A DNA stretch of 64,000 bases, taken from NCBI RefSeq assembly GCF_009914755.1, contig NC_060947.1; one strand, 5' to 3'. The stretch comes from the human T2T-CHM13v2.0 reference genome, Homo sapiens. The notes below the pieces were generated by a model. That model was not told the DNA's origin. It made no database searches and was given only the letters and a program-made list of their open reading frames with translations. Position numbers and translations under genes: made by a program. Positions 1-12,800 of the stretch are shown one piece after another (position 1 is the first letter of the stretch; the number at the start of each line of letters is the position of its first letter).

Positions 1-2292
1 CTATTGTTTTTTGATTTTTTGATTATGGCCATTTTTGCCGAAACAAGATGGTAACTCATTGTGGTTTTAATTTGCATTTTCCTGATACTTAGTGATGTTG
101 AGCATTTTTTTCATATGTTTGTTGGCCATTTGTACATCTTTTAAGAATTGTCTATTCATGTTTTTGCCCTCATTGTGATGGGATTATTATTTATTTTTTT
201 CTGCTGATTTGAGTTCCTTGTAGAGTCTGGATATTAGCCCTTTGTCTGATGTACAGTTTGCAAATATTTTCTCCCATTCTGTGGGTTTTCTGTTTACTCT
301 TCTAATTATTTCTTTTGCTGTGTAGAAGCTTTTTAGTTTAATTAGGTCCCATCTATTTATATTAGTTTTTGTTGCATTTGCTTTTGGATTCTTGCTCATG
401 AACTCTTTGCCTAAGGCCATGTCTAGAAGTACTTTTCAAATGTTATCTTCTAGAATTTTTATGTTTTCATGTCTTAGATTTAAGTGTTAATTCATCTTGG
501 GTTGATTTTTGTATAAGGTGAGAGATGAGGATCCATTTTCATTCTTCTACATGTGGCTTGCCAATTATCCCAGCACCATTTGTTAAACAGGGTATCCTTT
601 TCCTACTTTATGTTATTGTTTGCTTTGACAAAAATCAATTGGCTGTAAGCATTTGGCTTTATTTCTGGGTTTTATATTCTGTTCCTTTGGTCTATGTGAC
701 TACTTTTATAGCAGTACCATGCTGTTTTGGTAACTATAGCCTTGTAGTATAGTTTGAAGTCAGATAATGTGATACCTCCAGATTTGTTCTTTTCACTTAG
801 TCTTGCTTTGGCTGTGCAGGCTCTTTTTTGGTTCCATATGAATTTTTGGATTTTTTTTCTAGTTCTGTGAAGAATGATCATGGTAGGTACTTTGGTGGGA
901 ATTGCATTAAATCTGTAGATTGCGTTTGGCAGTATGGTCATTTTCACAATATTGATTCTACCTATTCATGTGCATGGGATACGTTTCTATTTGTTTGTGT
1001 CATAAATGGTTTCTTTCAGTGGTGTTTTGCAGTTTTCCTTGTAGAAATCTTTCACCTCCTTGGTTAGGTATATTCCTAAATATTTTATTATTATTATTTT
1101 TTGTGGCTGTTGTAAAAGTGATTGAGTTTTTGATTTGATTCTCAGCTTGGTCATTGTTGGTGTATAGCAGTGCTACTGATTTGTGTACATTGAATTTTGT
1201 ATCCTGAAACTTTACTAAATTTATTTATCAGATCTAAGAGCATTTTAAATGAGTCTTTAGGTTTTTCTAGGTATATACTCATATCATTGGTGAACAGAGA
1301 CAGTTTGTCTTCTTCTTTACCAATTTGGATGCCCTTTATTTCATTCTGTTGTCTGATTGCTCTGACTAAAAGCTGGTTCTTTGAAAAGATAAACAAAATT
1401 GATAGACCATTAGCAAGATTAACCAAGAAAAAATAGAGAAGATCAAAATAAGCTCCATTAGATACAAAATGGGAGATATTACCACTGACACCACAGAAAT
1501 ACAAAAATTATTTAAGGCTACTAGGAACACCTATATGCACACAAACTGGAAAATCTAGAGGATATAGATAAATTCCTGGAAATATACAACCCTCCTAGAT
1601 TAAATAATAAAGAAACAGAAACTCTGAACAGACAAATAACAAGTAGTGAGATTTAAATATTAATTTAAAAAATGCCAACTAAAAAAACTTCAGAACCATA
1701 TGGATTCACAGTTGAATTCTATCAGACATTTAAAGGAGAATTGGTGTCAATCCTGCCAAAAGTATTCCAAAAGATAGAGAAAGAGAGAATCCTCCCTAAA
1801 TCATTTTATGAAGCCAGTATCACCCTAATACTAAAATCAGGAAAGGACATAACAACAACAACAACAAAACTACAGACCAATATCCCTGATAAACATAGAT
1901 GCAAAAATCCTCAGCAAAATACTAGCTAAGTAAATCCAACAGCATATCAAAAAGATAATCCACCATGATCAAGTGGGTTTCATACCAGGGGTGTAGGGAT
2001 GGTTTAACATACACAAGTCAGTAAGTGTGATATGTCACATAAACAGAATTAAAAACAAAAATTTTATGATCATCTTACTAGATGCAGAAAAAGCCCTTGA
2101 CAAAATTAATATTTCTTCATTAAAACCCTCAGCAAATTTGGCATAGAAGAGACATACCTCAAGGTAATAAAAGCCATTTATGAGAAAAACCCACGGCTAA
2201 CATTATTCTGAATGGGAAAAGTTGAAAGCATTCCCCCTGAGAAGTGGAAGAGACAAGGATGGCCACTTTCACCACTTCTGTTTAACATAGTA
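1..2292 (-). mobile_element. L1 (L1PB-like) ORF2 fragment with 5' inversion: 1-1366 minus strand, 1367-2292 plus strand
   Basis: Minus ORFs give L1 ORF2 peptides ([24 protein letters not shown]); plus ORFs give [12 protein letters not shown] and [11 protein letters not shown]. The strand switch is at ...gctctgacta|aaagctggttc (~1367). The 3' end runs off the window start. Confidence 0.9.
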
Positions 2293-2556
2293 GGGGCCAT
2301 AATTCTTGTCAAGTATGGGTATCTGGTTTAGTCCTATAACTAATTGATAATGCCAAATTAAAAGTTGTTATGAGGAATGCTCAAGATAAGCAATGAATGA
2401 GGTTTGAGAAATGAAGAAAAAAGTCATAAAATCACAAAAAGCAGATGTAAGTATTAAAAAATAAAGTCATCTGGGGAGACAAGGTGGAGTAAGATGGCAG
2501 AATAGACTTTGTCTTGCCACCCATTGACCCGCCTGCAAGGACACCAAATTAACAAC

Positions 2557-2561
<5 letters not shown>

Positions 2562-2588
<27 letters not shown>
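2562..2588. repeat. (CA)n microsatellite
   Basis: Pure acac run inside the L1 5'UTR. Confidence 0.95.
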
Positions 2589-5500
2589 AACCTTCAGAAA
2601 AAAACAAAAATCAGGCGAGCACTTATAGTACCTGGTTTTAACTTAATATCACTAAAAGAGGCACTGAAGAGATAGAAAAAAACAGTCCTGAATTACCAAT
2701 GTCACTCTTAACCCAACCCGCAGCTGCAGCATTATGCAGAGAGCATCTGTAGGCGCTGGGGTAGGGAGAAGACAGCAATTGTGAGGCATTGAACTCAGTG
2801 CTTTCCTGTTAGAGCAGAAAGGAAAACCAGACCAAACTCAGCTGAAGCCTGCCCATGGAGGGAGCACCTAAACAAGCCCTAGTTGGATGGGAATCACCAA
2901 TATGATCCCAGAGGTCTGAAGTTGAGTGCCTGCAAACTTCTCCACCGAGGGCTATAGCATCCTGTGTCTCTGAGCACTCTTGAAAGGCAGTCTAGGCCAT
3001 AAGGACTGCAACTCTTAGGCAAGTCCTAGTGCTGAAGTAGGCCCAGAGATAGTGGAGTGGGGGTGGGGCATGTGAAATACTGAGACACCAGCTGGGGAAG
3101 CCAAGGGAGTGCTGGCATCACTCCTCTCCTAACCTCAGGCTTCACAGCTGTAGCTCCAAAATAGACCTCTTACTTTCACTTGAGGAGAGGAGAGGGAGTA
3201 GTGCAGAGAACGCCGTTTTGCATCTTGGGTATCAGCTCAGCCACAGCAGGATAGGGCACTAGTCAGAATTTCAAGGCTCCTGTTGCAGGACCTAGCTCCC
3301 AGATATTTCTAGACACCCCTTGGGACAGAAGAAAACCCACTGCCTTGAACTAAAGGAGCCAGTCCTGGAAGCATTCATCACCTGCTAACTGAAGAGACCT
3401 TGTACCCTGAATAACCAGCAGCAATACCCAGGTACTACATTGAGGGCCTTGGGTGAGCCTCTGAGACTTGCTGGCTTAAGGTGAGACTCAGCACATTACT
3501 AGCTGTGGTGGCTATGGGGCAAAATTCCATCTGCTTGAGAAGAGCAGAGAGAAAAGTAAATGGGACTTTGTCTGACACCTTAGGGATCAGCATGGCCACA
3601 GGGGATCAGAGCACCAAGTGGGCTCTTGGGGTCCTCAATTCCAGGACTTGACTCTTGGATGGAATTCCTGGGCCTTCCCTGACCCAGCGGGATACCCACT
3701 GCCCTGAAGGATGAGTTTTACGCCAGGCAGCATTCACCATAAGCTGACTTAAGAGACCTTGGGCCTTAAAGGAACGTTGGCTGGTAGGCTAAAAGTAGTC
3801 CTATGGCTTGTGGTGGCAGTGGATATGGGGTGAGGCTCCTCTGCCTTTGGAAAGGGGAGAAAAGAGTGGGAAAGAATGAATCTTGTGGTTTGAGTGTCAG
3901 CTCAGCTGCAATATGATACAATGTGAAGGAAATGTCTAGGGCTTTTGACTCTAATCCCTGACTCCTGGATGGCATTACTGGACACACCCAGGAACTGGGG
4001 GAACTTGATGCCCTGAAGAAAAAACACAAGCCTAGCTGGCTTTGCCAGCTGTGGATTATGGAGCCCCAGGGCCTTGAGCAGACAAAGGCAGCAACCAGGG
4101 AATTGTTACAGCCTGCCTTGGGTGAGACCCAGCACTATGCTGGCTTCAGGTCTGACCCAGTGCAGTCACAGTGGTGATGGCCACAAGGGTGCCTCTGTCA
4201 CTCCACCCCCAGCTTTAGGTGGCTCAGAACAGAGAGAAAGAGATAGAGAGAGAGAGACTGACTCTGTATGCTTGGAAGAAACTAACAGAAGAGAACAAGG
4301 GTCTCTGTCTGGTAATCCAGAAAATTCTCCCAGATCTGATCCAAGACCATCAAGGTGGTATCTCTATGACTCTGCAAGAACCACAGCATTACCGTTCTTG
4401 CAGTACTGTTGCCCCCTAAAGCAAATATAGCTTAGATCATAACACCCAAGTCCTTTCAAATATCTAAAAAGCTGACCCAAGAAGGATGGTACAAACAAGC
4501 CCGCACAGTGAAGACTACAATAATGACTTCTCTTTAACACCCAGACACTGAAGAAAATCTACTAGCATCAATGCCATTTAGAAAAACATGATCTCACCAA
4601 TTAAGCTAAATAAATCACTAGGAACCAATCCTGGAGAAACAGAGATATGTTCAAAATGGCTATGTTGAGGAAACTCAAAGTAATTCAAAATAACACGGAG
4701 AAGGAATTTAGAATTCTCTCAGATAAATTTAACAGAGAGAGTGAAATAATGAAAAAGAATCAAGCAGAAATTATGGAGCTAAAAAATGAAATTGGCCTAT
4801 TAAAGAATGTAACAGTCATTTAATAGCAGAATTGATCAAGCAGAAAAAAAGAATTTATGAACCTGAAGACAGGCTGTTTAAAAATACATAATCTGAGGAG
4901 AAAAATAGAAAAAGAATAGAAAACAAGGAAGCATACATACAGCATATAGAGAATAGCTTCAAAAGGGCAGAGCTAAGATTTATTAGCCTTAAAGAGAAGG
5001 TAGAGAAAAAGATAAGGGTAGAAAGTTTATTCAAGAGGACAATAACAGAGAACCCCCCAAACCTAGAGAAAGATATTAGTATCTAAATACAAGGTTATAG
5101 AACAGCAAGCAGTTTTAACCCAAAGAAGTCTACTGCAAACATTTAATAATCAAACTCCTAAAAATCAAGAAGAAAGAAAGGATCTAAAAAGAAGCAAGTG
5201 AAAATAAAGAACTAACATACAATGGAGCTTGAATATGTCTGGCAGAAGACTTTTCAGTGGAAACTTTACAGGCCAGGAGAGAGTGGCATGATATATGTAA
5301 AGAACTGAAGGAAAAAATCTTTTACCTTAGATTAGTGTATCCAAAGAAAATATCTTTCAAATATGAAGGAGAAAAAGACTTCCCCAGAAAAACAAAAGCT
5401 GAGGGATTTAATCAATATAAGAACTGTCCTACAAGAAATCTAAAGTGAGTAATTTAATGAGAAAGAAAAGGTCATTAATGATCAATAAATTATCACCTGA

Positions 5501-6877
5501 AGGTACAGTAGATAGAAAACAGAGAATATTATAATACTGTAACTCTGATGTTTAAATATTCTTATCCTAAGTAGAAGACTAAATAATAAACCAATCAAAA
5601 TTAATAACTACAACAGCTTTCAAAGACACAGTCAGTACAATAAGATATAAATAGAAACAACAGAAAGTTAAAAAGTGGGGGGGATAAAGATAAGGTGTAG
5701 AGTTTTTGTTAGTTTTCTTCTTGCATCTTTATTTGTTTATGAAAATAGTGTTAAGCTTTTATCACATTAAAATAATACGTTATAAAATAGCATTTACAAT
5801 TCTCATGGTGACCTCAAACCAAACAGCATACAACGGATATGAAAAAAAATTAAAAATAAAGAAACTAAATTACATCACCAGAAAAAGTTATTTTCACTAG
5901 AGGAAGACAAGAAGGAGAGAAAGAGGAAAAAAATTAAACAACCAGAAAACAAATAAGAAAATGGCGGGATTAAGTACTTGCTTAATAATAACATTGAAAG
6001 CAAAGGAACTAAACTCTCCAATCAAAAGACATAGATTGGCTGAATGAATAACAAAACAAGACTCATTGATCTGTTGGTTAAAAGAAACATGCTCCACCTA
6101 TAAAGACACATGTAGATTGAAAATAAAGGAATGGAAAAAACATTCCATGCTAATGGAAACCAAAAAATAGCAGGAGTCACTAAACTTATATCAGACAAAA
6201 TAGATTTCAAGACAAGAATTATAAGAAAGGGAAAAGGTCACTATATAATAATAAAGGTGTTGATTCAGCAAGAGGATATAACAATTTTTAACATATATGC
6301 ACCCAACATTGGAGCACACAGATAGATAAGAGAAATATTATTAGAGATAAAGAGTGAGAAAGGTCCCAATAAAATAATAGCTTAAGAGTTCAACATTCCA
6401 CTTTCAGCATTAGATAGGTCTCTCACACAGAAAATCAACAAAGAAACATCAGCGTTAATCTGCACTGTAGAACAAATAGATGTAATAGATATTCACAGAA
6501 CACTCCCATCCAACAGCTGCAGAATACACATCCTTTTCCTCAGCACATGCATCATTCTCTAGGATAGACCATATATTAGGTTACCAAACAAGTCTTAAAA
6601 TTTAAAAAAAATTGAAATAATATCAAGCATCTTTTCTGACCACAATGGAGTAAAACTAAAAATTAATAATGAGGAATTTTGGAAATCAGAGATACATGGA
6701 AAATAAGCAATATGCTCCTGAATGACAATGTCAATGAATAAATTAAGAAAGAAATTGAAAATTTTCTTAAAACAAATTATTATGGAAGTACAATATACTA
6801 AAACTATTACCTGACTTCAAATTATACTACAGAGCTATAGTAACCAAAGAGCAACTGTCATAAAAACAGACACAGAC

Positions 6878-9266
6878 TGTATTAGTCATTCTCACACTAC
6901 TATAAAGACGTTCCTGAGACTGGGTAATTTATAAAGAAAAGAGGTTTAATTGACTCACAGTTCCACAGGATGTACAGGAGGCATGGCTGGGGAGGTATCA
7001 TGAAAATCACAGTTATGGTAGAAGGCAAAGGGGAAGCAGGCACAATCTTCACATGGAAGAGCAGGAGAGAGAGAGAACAAATGGGGAAGTGCTACAAACT
7101 TTTAAACAACCAGATCTTGTGAAAACTCACTCACTATTATGAATACAGAAAGGGAGAAATCCACCTCCATGATCCAATCACCTCCCACTAGGTCCCTCCC
7201 CCAACATTGGGAGTTACAATTTGGCATGAGACTTGGGTAGGAACACAGAGCCAAACCATATCATTATGCCCCTGGCCTCTGCCATATCTCATGTTCTTAT
7301 CACATTTCAAAACACAATCATGCCTTCCCAACAGTCCACCAAAGCCTTAACTTATTCCAGCATTAACTCTAAAGTCTAAATCCAAAGTCTCATCTGAGAT
7401 AAGGCAAGTCCCTTCCAACTTTGAACCTATAAAACAAAAAACAAATTAGTTACTTCCAGGATAAAAAGGAGGTACAGGCATTGGGTAAATAGACCTATTC
7501 CAAGAGGGATAAATCAGCCAAAACAATGGGTCTACAGGCACCATGCAAGTCCAAAACTCATAAGGCTGTCATTAAATCTTAAATCTCTAAAATAATCTCC
7601 TTTGACTCCATGTATCACATCCAGGACACACTAATGTAAGGGATGGGCTCCTAAGGCCTTGGGCAGCTCTGCCCCTTTGGCTCTGCAGGGTAAAGCACCC
7701 CACAGCTGCTTTCACAGGCTGGCATTGAGTGTCTGTGGCTTTTCCAGGCATACAGTGTAAGCTGTAGGTGGATCTACCATTCTGGGGTCTGGAGGATGGT
7801 AGCCCTATTCTCACAGATCCACTAGGCAGTGCCACAGTGGGGACTCTGTGGGGGCTCCAACCCTACATTTCTCCTCTGCACTGCCATAGTAGAGGTTCTC
7901 CATGAGGGCTCTGCCCCTGCAGCAGACTTCTGCTTGGACATCCAGCATCAGGCATTTCCATACATCCTTTGAAATCTAGGTGGAGGCTCCCAAACTTCAA
8001 CTCTTGCCTTCTGTGCACCTGCAGGCCCAACACCACATGGAAGCCACCAAGGCTTGGGGCTTGCATCTTCTGAAGCAATGGTCCAAGTTGCACTTTGGCC
8101 CCTTTTAGCCATGGCTAAAGTTGAAGCAGCTGGAACACACGGCACCATGTCCCAAGGCTTCACAGAGCAGTGGAGCCCTGGGTCTGGCCAACAAAACCAT
8201 TTTTCCCTCCTAGGCCTCCAGGCCTGTGATGAGAAGGGCTTCCATGAAGGTCTCTAAAATGCCCTGGAGACATTTTCCCCATTGTCTTGGCTCTTCTTTA
8301 CTTATGCACATTTCTGCAGCTGGCTTTAATTTCTCCACAGAAAATGGGTTTTTCTTTTCCACTACACAGTCCGTCTACAATTTGTCCACTTTCATGCTCT
8401 GCTGTTTTTTTTTTTTAAATAGAAGTTTCAGTTTTAGGTCGTTTATTTGTGCAAATGAGAATAGGCTTTTAGAAGCAGCCAGGCAACATCCTGAACACTT
8501 TGCTGCTTATAAGTTTCTTCCACCAGATACACTAAATTATCTCTCTCAAGTTCAATGTTTTACAGATCTCTAGAGCAGGGGCACAATGCAACCAGTCTCT
8601 TCACTGAAGCATAGCAAGAGTGACCTTTACTCCAGTTCCTAATAAGTTCCTCATCTCCATCTCAGACCACCTCAGCCTGGACTTCATTGTCCATATTACT
8701 ATTAGCATTTTGGTTACAAGCATTCAACAAGTCTCTAGGAAGTTCCAAACTTGCCCACATTTCCCTGTCTTCTTCTGAGCCTTCCAAACTGTTCCAACCT
8801 CTGCCCATTACCCAGTTCCAAAGTTGCTTCCACAGTTTCATGTATCTTTATAGTAACACCCCACTCTAGGTATCAATTTTCTGTATTTGTTCTTTCTCAC
8901 AGTACTATAAAGACATAACTGAAAGTGGGTAATTTATGGAGAAAAGAGGTTTAATTGACTCACATTTTCACAGGCTGTACAGGAGGAATGCCTGGGGAGG
9001 TCTCAGGAAACTTACCATCATGGCAGAAGGCAAAAGGGAAGCAGGCAGAATCTTCACATGGCAGAGAAGGAGAAAGAGAGGAAAGGGAGAAGTGGTACAC
9101 ACTGTTAAACAACCAGATATTGTGAGAACTCAGTGACTACTATGAGAACAGCAAGGGGGAAATCCACCCCCATGATCAAATTTCCTCCCACTAGGTCTCT
9201 CCCCCAACATTGAGAATTACAATTTGACATGAGATTTTGGTCGGGACATAGAATCAAACCATATCA
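6878..9266 (-). mobile_element. Complete MSTA (MaLR) element: LTRs 8882-9266 and 6878-7263, internal region 7264-8881
   Basis: Two ~385-bp direct repeats tgtatt...catatca with MST motifs (gaggtttaattgactcac, gggggaaatccaccccc). THE1/MST-int-like ~1.6 kb interior. 5-bp TSD cagac/tagac. Confidence 0.92.
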
Positions 9267-9746
9267 TAGACCAATGGAACAGAACAGAGAACCTAGAAAC
9301 AAATCCACATGCTTACAGTAAACTTATTTTTGATAAAGGTGATAAGAACCTACACTGGGGAGAAGACAGTTTCTTCAATAAATGGTGCTGGGAAAACTGG
9401 ATATCCATGTGCAAAAGAATGAAACTAGACCCCCATCTCTTGCCATATACAAAAATTATATCAAAATGGACTAAAGGTCTTAAATCTAAGACCTCAAACT
9501 ATGAAACTACTATGAGAAAATAAAATAATATCAGACCCCTATCTCTCACCATATACAAAACCCATATCAAAATGGATAAAAGACTTAAATATAAGACCTC
9601 AAACTTTGAAACTACTACAATGGAACATTGGGAGAAATCTGCAGGACACAGATCTGGGCAAGGATTTCTTGAGCAATACCCCACAAGCACAGGCAACCAA
9701 AGCAAACATGGACAAACTGGATTATATCGAGTTAAAAAGCTTCTGC

Positions 9747-9751
<5 letters not shown>

Positions 9752-9799
<48 letters not shown>
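9752..9799 (+). repeat. Pure poly(A)48 tract inside L1 ORF2
   Basis: 48 uninterrupted A between ttctgcacagc and ttacaatcaac. Confidence 0.95.
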
Positions 9800-9801
<2 letters not shown>

Positions 9802-12800
9802 ACAATCAACAGTGAAGAGACAACCCACAGAATGGGAGAAAATATTTCCAAACTACCACTCTGACGAGGGATTAGTCATCAGAATATATAAGCAGCTTAA
9901 ACAACTTCACAGGAAAAAATGGAATAACCCAATCAAAAAATGGGCAAAAGAGTTTAATAGACATTTCTCAAAAGAACACATACAACTAACAAACAGGCAT
10001 ATGAAAAGGTGCTTAATATCATTGATATCAAAGAAGTAAAAATTGAATTATATCAAATTAAAAAGCTCCTGCACAGTAGAAAAATACAATAAACAGTGAA
10101 GAGACAACCCAGAGAACGGGAGAAAATATTTCCAAACTACCACTCTGACGAGGGATTAATCACCAGAATATATAATCAGCTTAAACAACTCCACAGGAAA
10201 AAATAGAATAACCCAATCAAAAAATGGGCAAAAGATTTGAATAAACATTTCTCAAAAGAACACCTACAAATAACAAACAGGCATATGAAAAGCTGCTTAA
10301 CATCATTGATCACCAGAGAAGTGCAAAACAAAACTACAGTGAGATATCTCACCCTAGTTAAAAATGGCTTATATCCAAATGACAGGCAATAACAAATGCT
10401 GGCGAGGAGGTGTAGAAAAGGTACATTGTTGGTAGAAATGTAAATTAGTACACTCGCCGTAGAGAACAGTTTGGAGGTCTGCCATAAAACTAAAAATAGA
10501 GCTACCATATGATCCAGCAATCCTACTGCTGGGTATATACCCAAACAAAAGAAAATAAGTATATCAAAGAGATATCTGCACTCCTATGTTTGTTGCAACA
10601 ATGTTTACAATAGCTAAGATTTGGAAGCAGCTTAAGTGTTCATCAATAGATGAATGGATAACTCAGTCATTTAAATTCAGAGACTTAGCAGAAGAATGAC
10701 TACCAGAGGCTGAGAAGTATAGTGGGGGAGTTAGGGGTAGTTGGGGATGATTAATGGGTACAAAAAAAGAGAGTGAATAAGACCTACTATTTGATAGCAG
10801 AGTAGAGTGACTATAGTCTAAAATGATATATTTGTGTATTTTAAAATAACTTTAAAAATGTAATTGGATTGTAACTCAAAGGATAAATGCTTGAGGGGAT
10901 AGATATCCCATTCTCTATTATGTGCTTATTTCACATTGCATATCTGTACCAAAAGATCTCATGTACTCCCAAAATATACACACCTACTATGTACCCACAA
11001 AAAATTAAAAAGTAATAAAAATGTTTTTAAATATAGAAAAACTTTTGGGATACAGCAAAAGCCATACCAAGAGGGAAATTTATAGCTGTAAGTGCCTACA
11101 TCAAATTTATAGCTGTACTTGCCTACATCAAAAATAAGAAAAAACTTTAAATGTACAATTAAAGATGCATGTTAAAGAATTATAAAAGCAAGAGCCAACC
11201 AAACTCAAAATTATAAGAAGAAAAGCAATCATAAATGTCAGAGCAGGCATAAATGAAATTGCAATAAAATAAAATCAAAAAGATCAATGAAAAAAAGATT
11301 TTTTTGAAATATTAAACAAAATTAACAAGCCTTTAGCCAGCCTAAAAAAAAAGAGAGAAGATTCAAATAAATAAAATCAGAAATGAAAATGAGACATTGT
11401 AACTAATTCAGTGGAAATTCAAAGGATCATTAGTGGCTACCAGGAGCAAGTATATGCCAATAAATTGGAAAATTTAGAAGAAATGGACAAAGTCCTAGAT
11501 ACATACGACCTACCAAGATTGAACTAGGAAAAAATCCAAAACCTGAACAGATCAATAACAAGTAATGAGATTGAAACCATAATTTAAAAAAGGGCCCAGG
11601 ATCTGATGGCTTCACTGCTGAATTCTACCAAACATTTAAAGGGAATTAATAACAATCCTACTACTCAAATAATTCCAAAACAGAGGAGGAGAGAATACTT
11701 CTACACTCATTCTACAAGGCCAGTATTACCCTGATAGCACAGTCAGCCAAATACACATCAAAAAATAAAAACTACAGGTCCATATCTTTGATGAACATTG
11801 ATACAAAAATTCTCAACAAAGTGTTAGCAAACAAATTCAACAATACATTAGAAAGATCATTCACCATGAGCAAGTAGGATTTATCTCTGAGATGCAAGGA
11901 TGGTTCAACATATGTAAATCAATAAATGTGATACATTATAGCAACAGAATGAAGTCATTTGATAAAATTCAAAATTTCTTCATGATAAAAATCCTCAAAA
12001 AGTGGAATAGAAGGTACATACCTCAACATAATAAAAGTCATGTAAAATAGATGCGCAGCTAGTATCATAATGAATGGGGAAAAACTAAAAGTCATTTCTC
12101 TAAGATCTGGAACATGACAAGGATGCCCACTGTTGCCAGTGTTATGCAACATTGTACTGGAACTCCTAGCTAGAGCAATCAGAGAAGAGAAAGATAAGAA
12201 ATGCATTCAACCTAGAAAGGAAGAACTCAGATTATCTTTGTTTGCAGATGATATAATTTTATACTTGGAAAAACCTAAAGACTCCACAAGAAAACTATTA
12301 GAACTGATAAATTCAGTAAAGTTGCAGGATACAAAATCAAAATACAAAAATCAGTAGCATTTCTATATGCCAACAGTGAACAATATGAAAAATAAATAAA
12401 AACAGTAATCCCTTTTACAATAGCCACACACAAAATTAAATACCTAAGAACTAACAACCAAAGAAGTGAAATACCTCTATAATAGAAACTATGAATCAAT
12501 GATAAAAGACATTGAAAAGGACACAAAAAATGGAAAGACATTCCATGTTCATAGATTGGAGGAATCAATATTGTTAAAATGTTCATACTACCAAAAGAAA
12601 TCTATATATTTAATGCAATCCCTATCAAAATACCAATGACATTCTTCACAGAAGTAGAAAAAAATCCTAAAATTTATATGAAACCACAAAAGACCCAGAA
12701 TAGCCAAAGGTATCCCAGGCAAAAAGAATAAATCTGAAGGAGTTACATTACCTGACTTCAAATTATGCTACAGAGATGTAGTAACCAAAACAGCATGGTA

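Larger units (their letters stand above)
6806..11029 (+). mobile_element. 5'-truncated L1MA-type element nested in the 2474 L1
   Basis: Starts at attacctgacttcaaattatac (late ORF2) and ends in an L1MA 3'UTR (ctactatgtacccacaaaaaattaaaa). Flanked by a diverged TSD, aatatactaaaact (6792-6805) / aatatagaaaaact (11030-11043). Confidence 0.8.

Noticed and set aside
7264-8881. MSTA internal ORFs as a domesticated gene
   Set aside because: Fragmented across frames, typical of decayed MaLR internal sequence.
9499-10039. Poly-Lys / poly-Phe ORFs
   Set aside because: Translation artefacts of the A48 tract in a dead L1.
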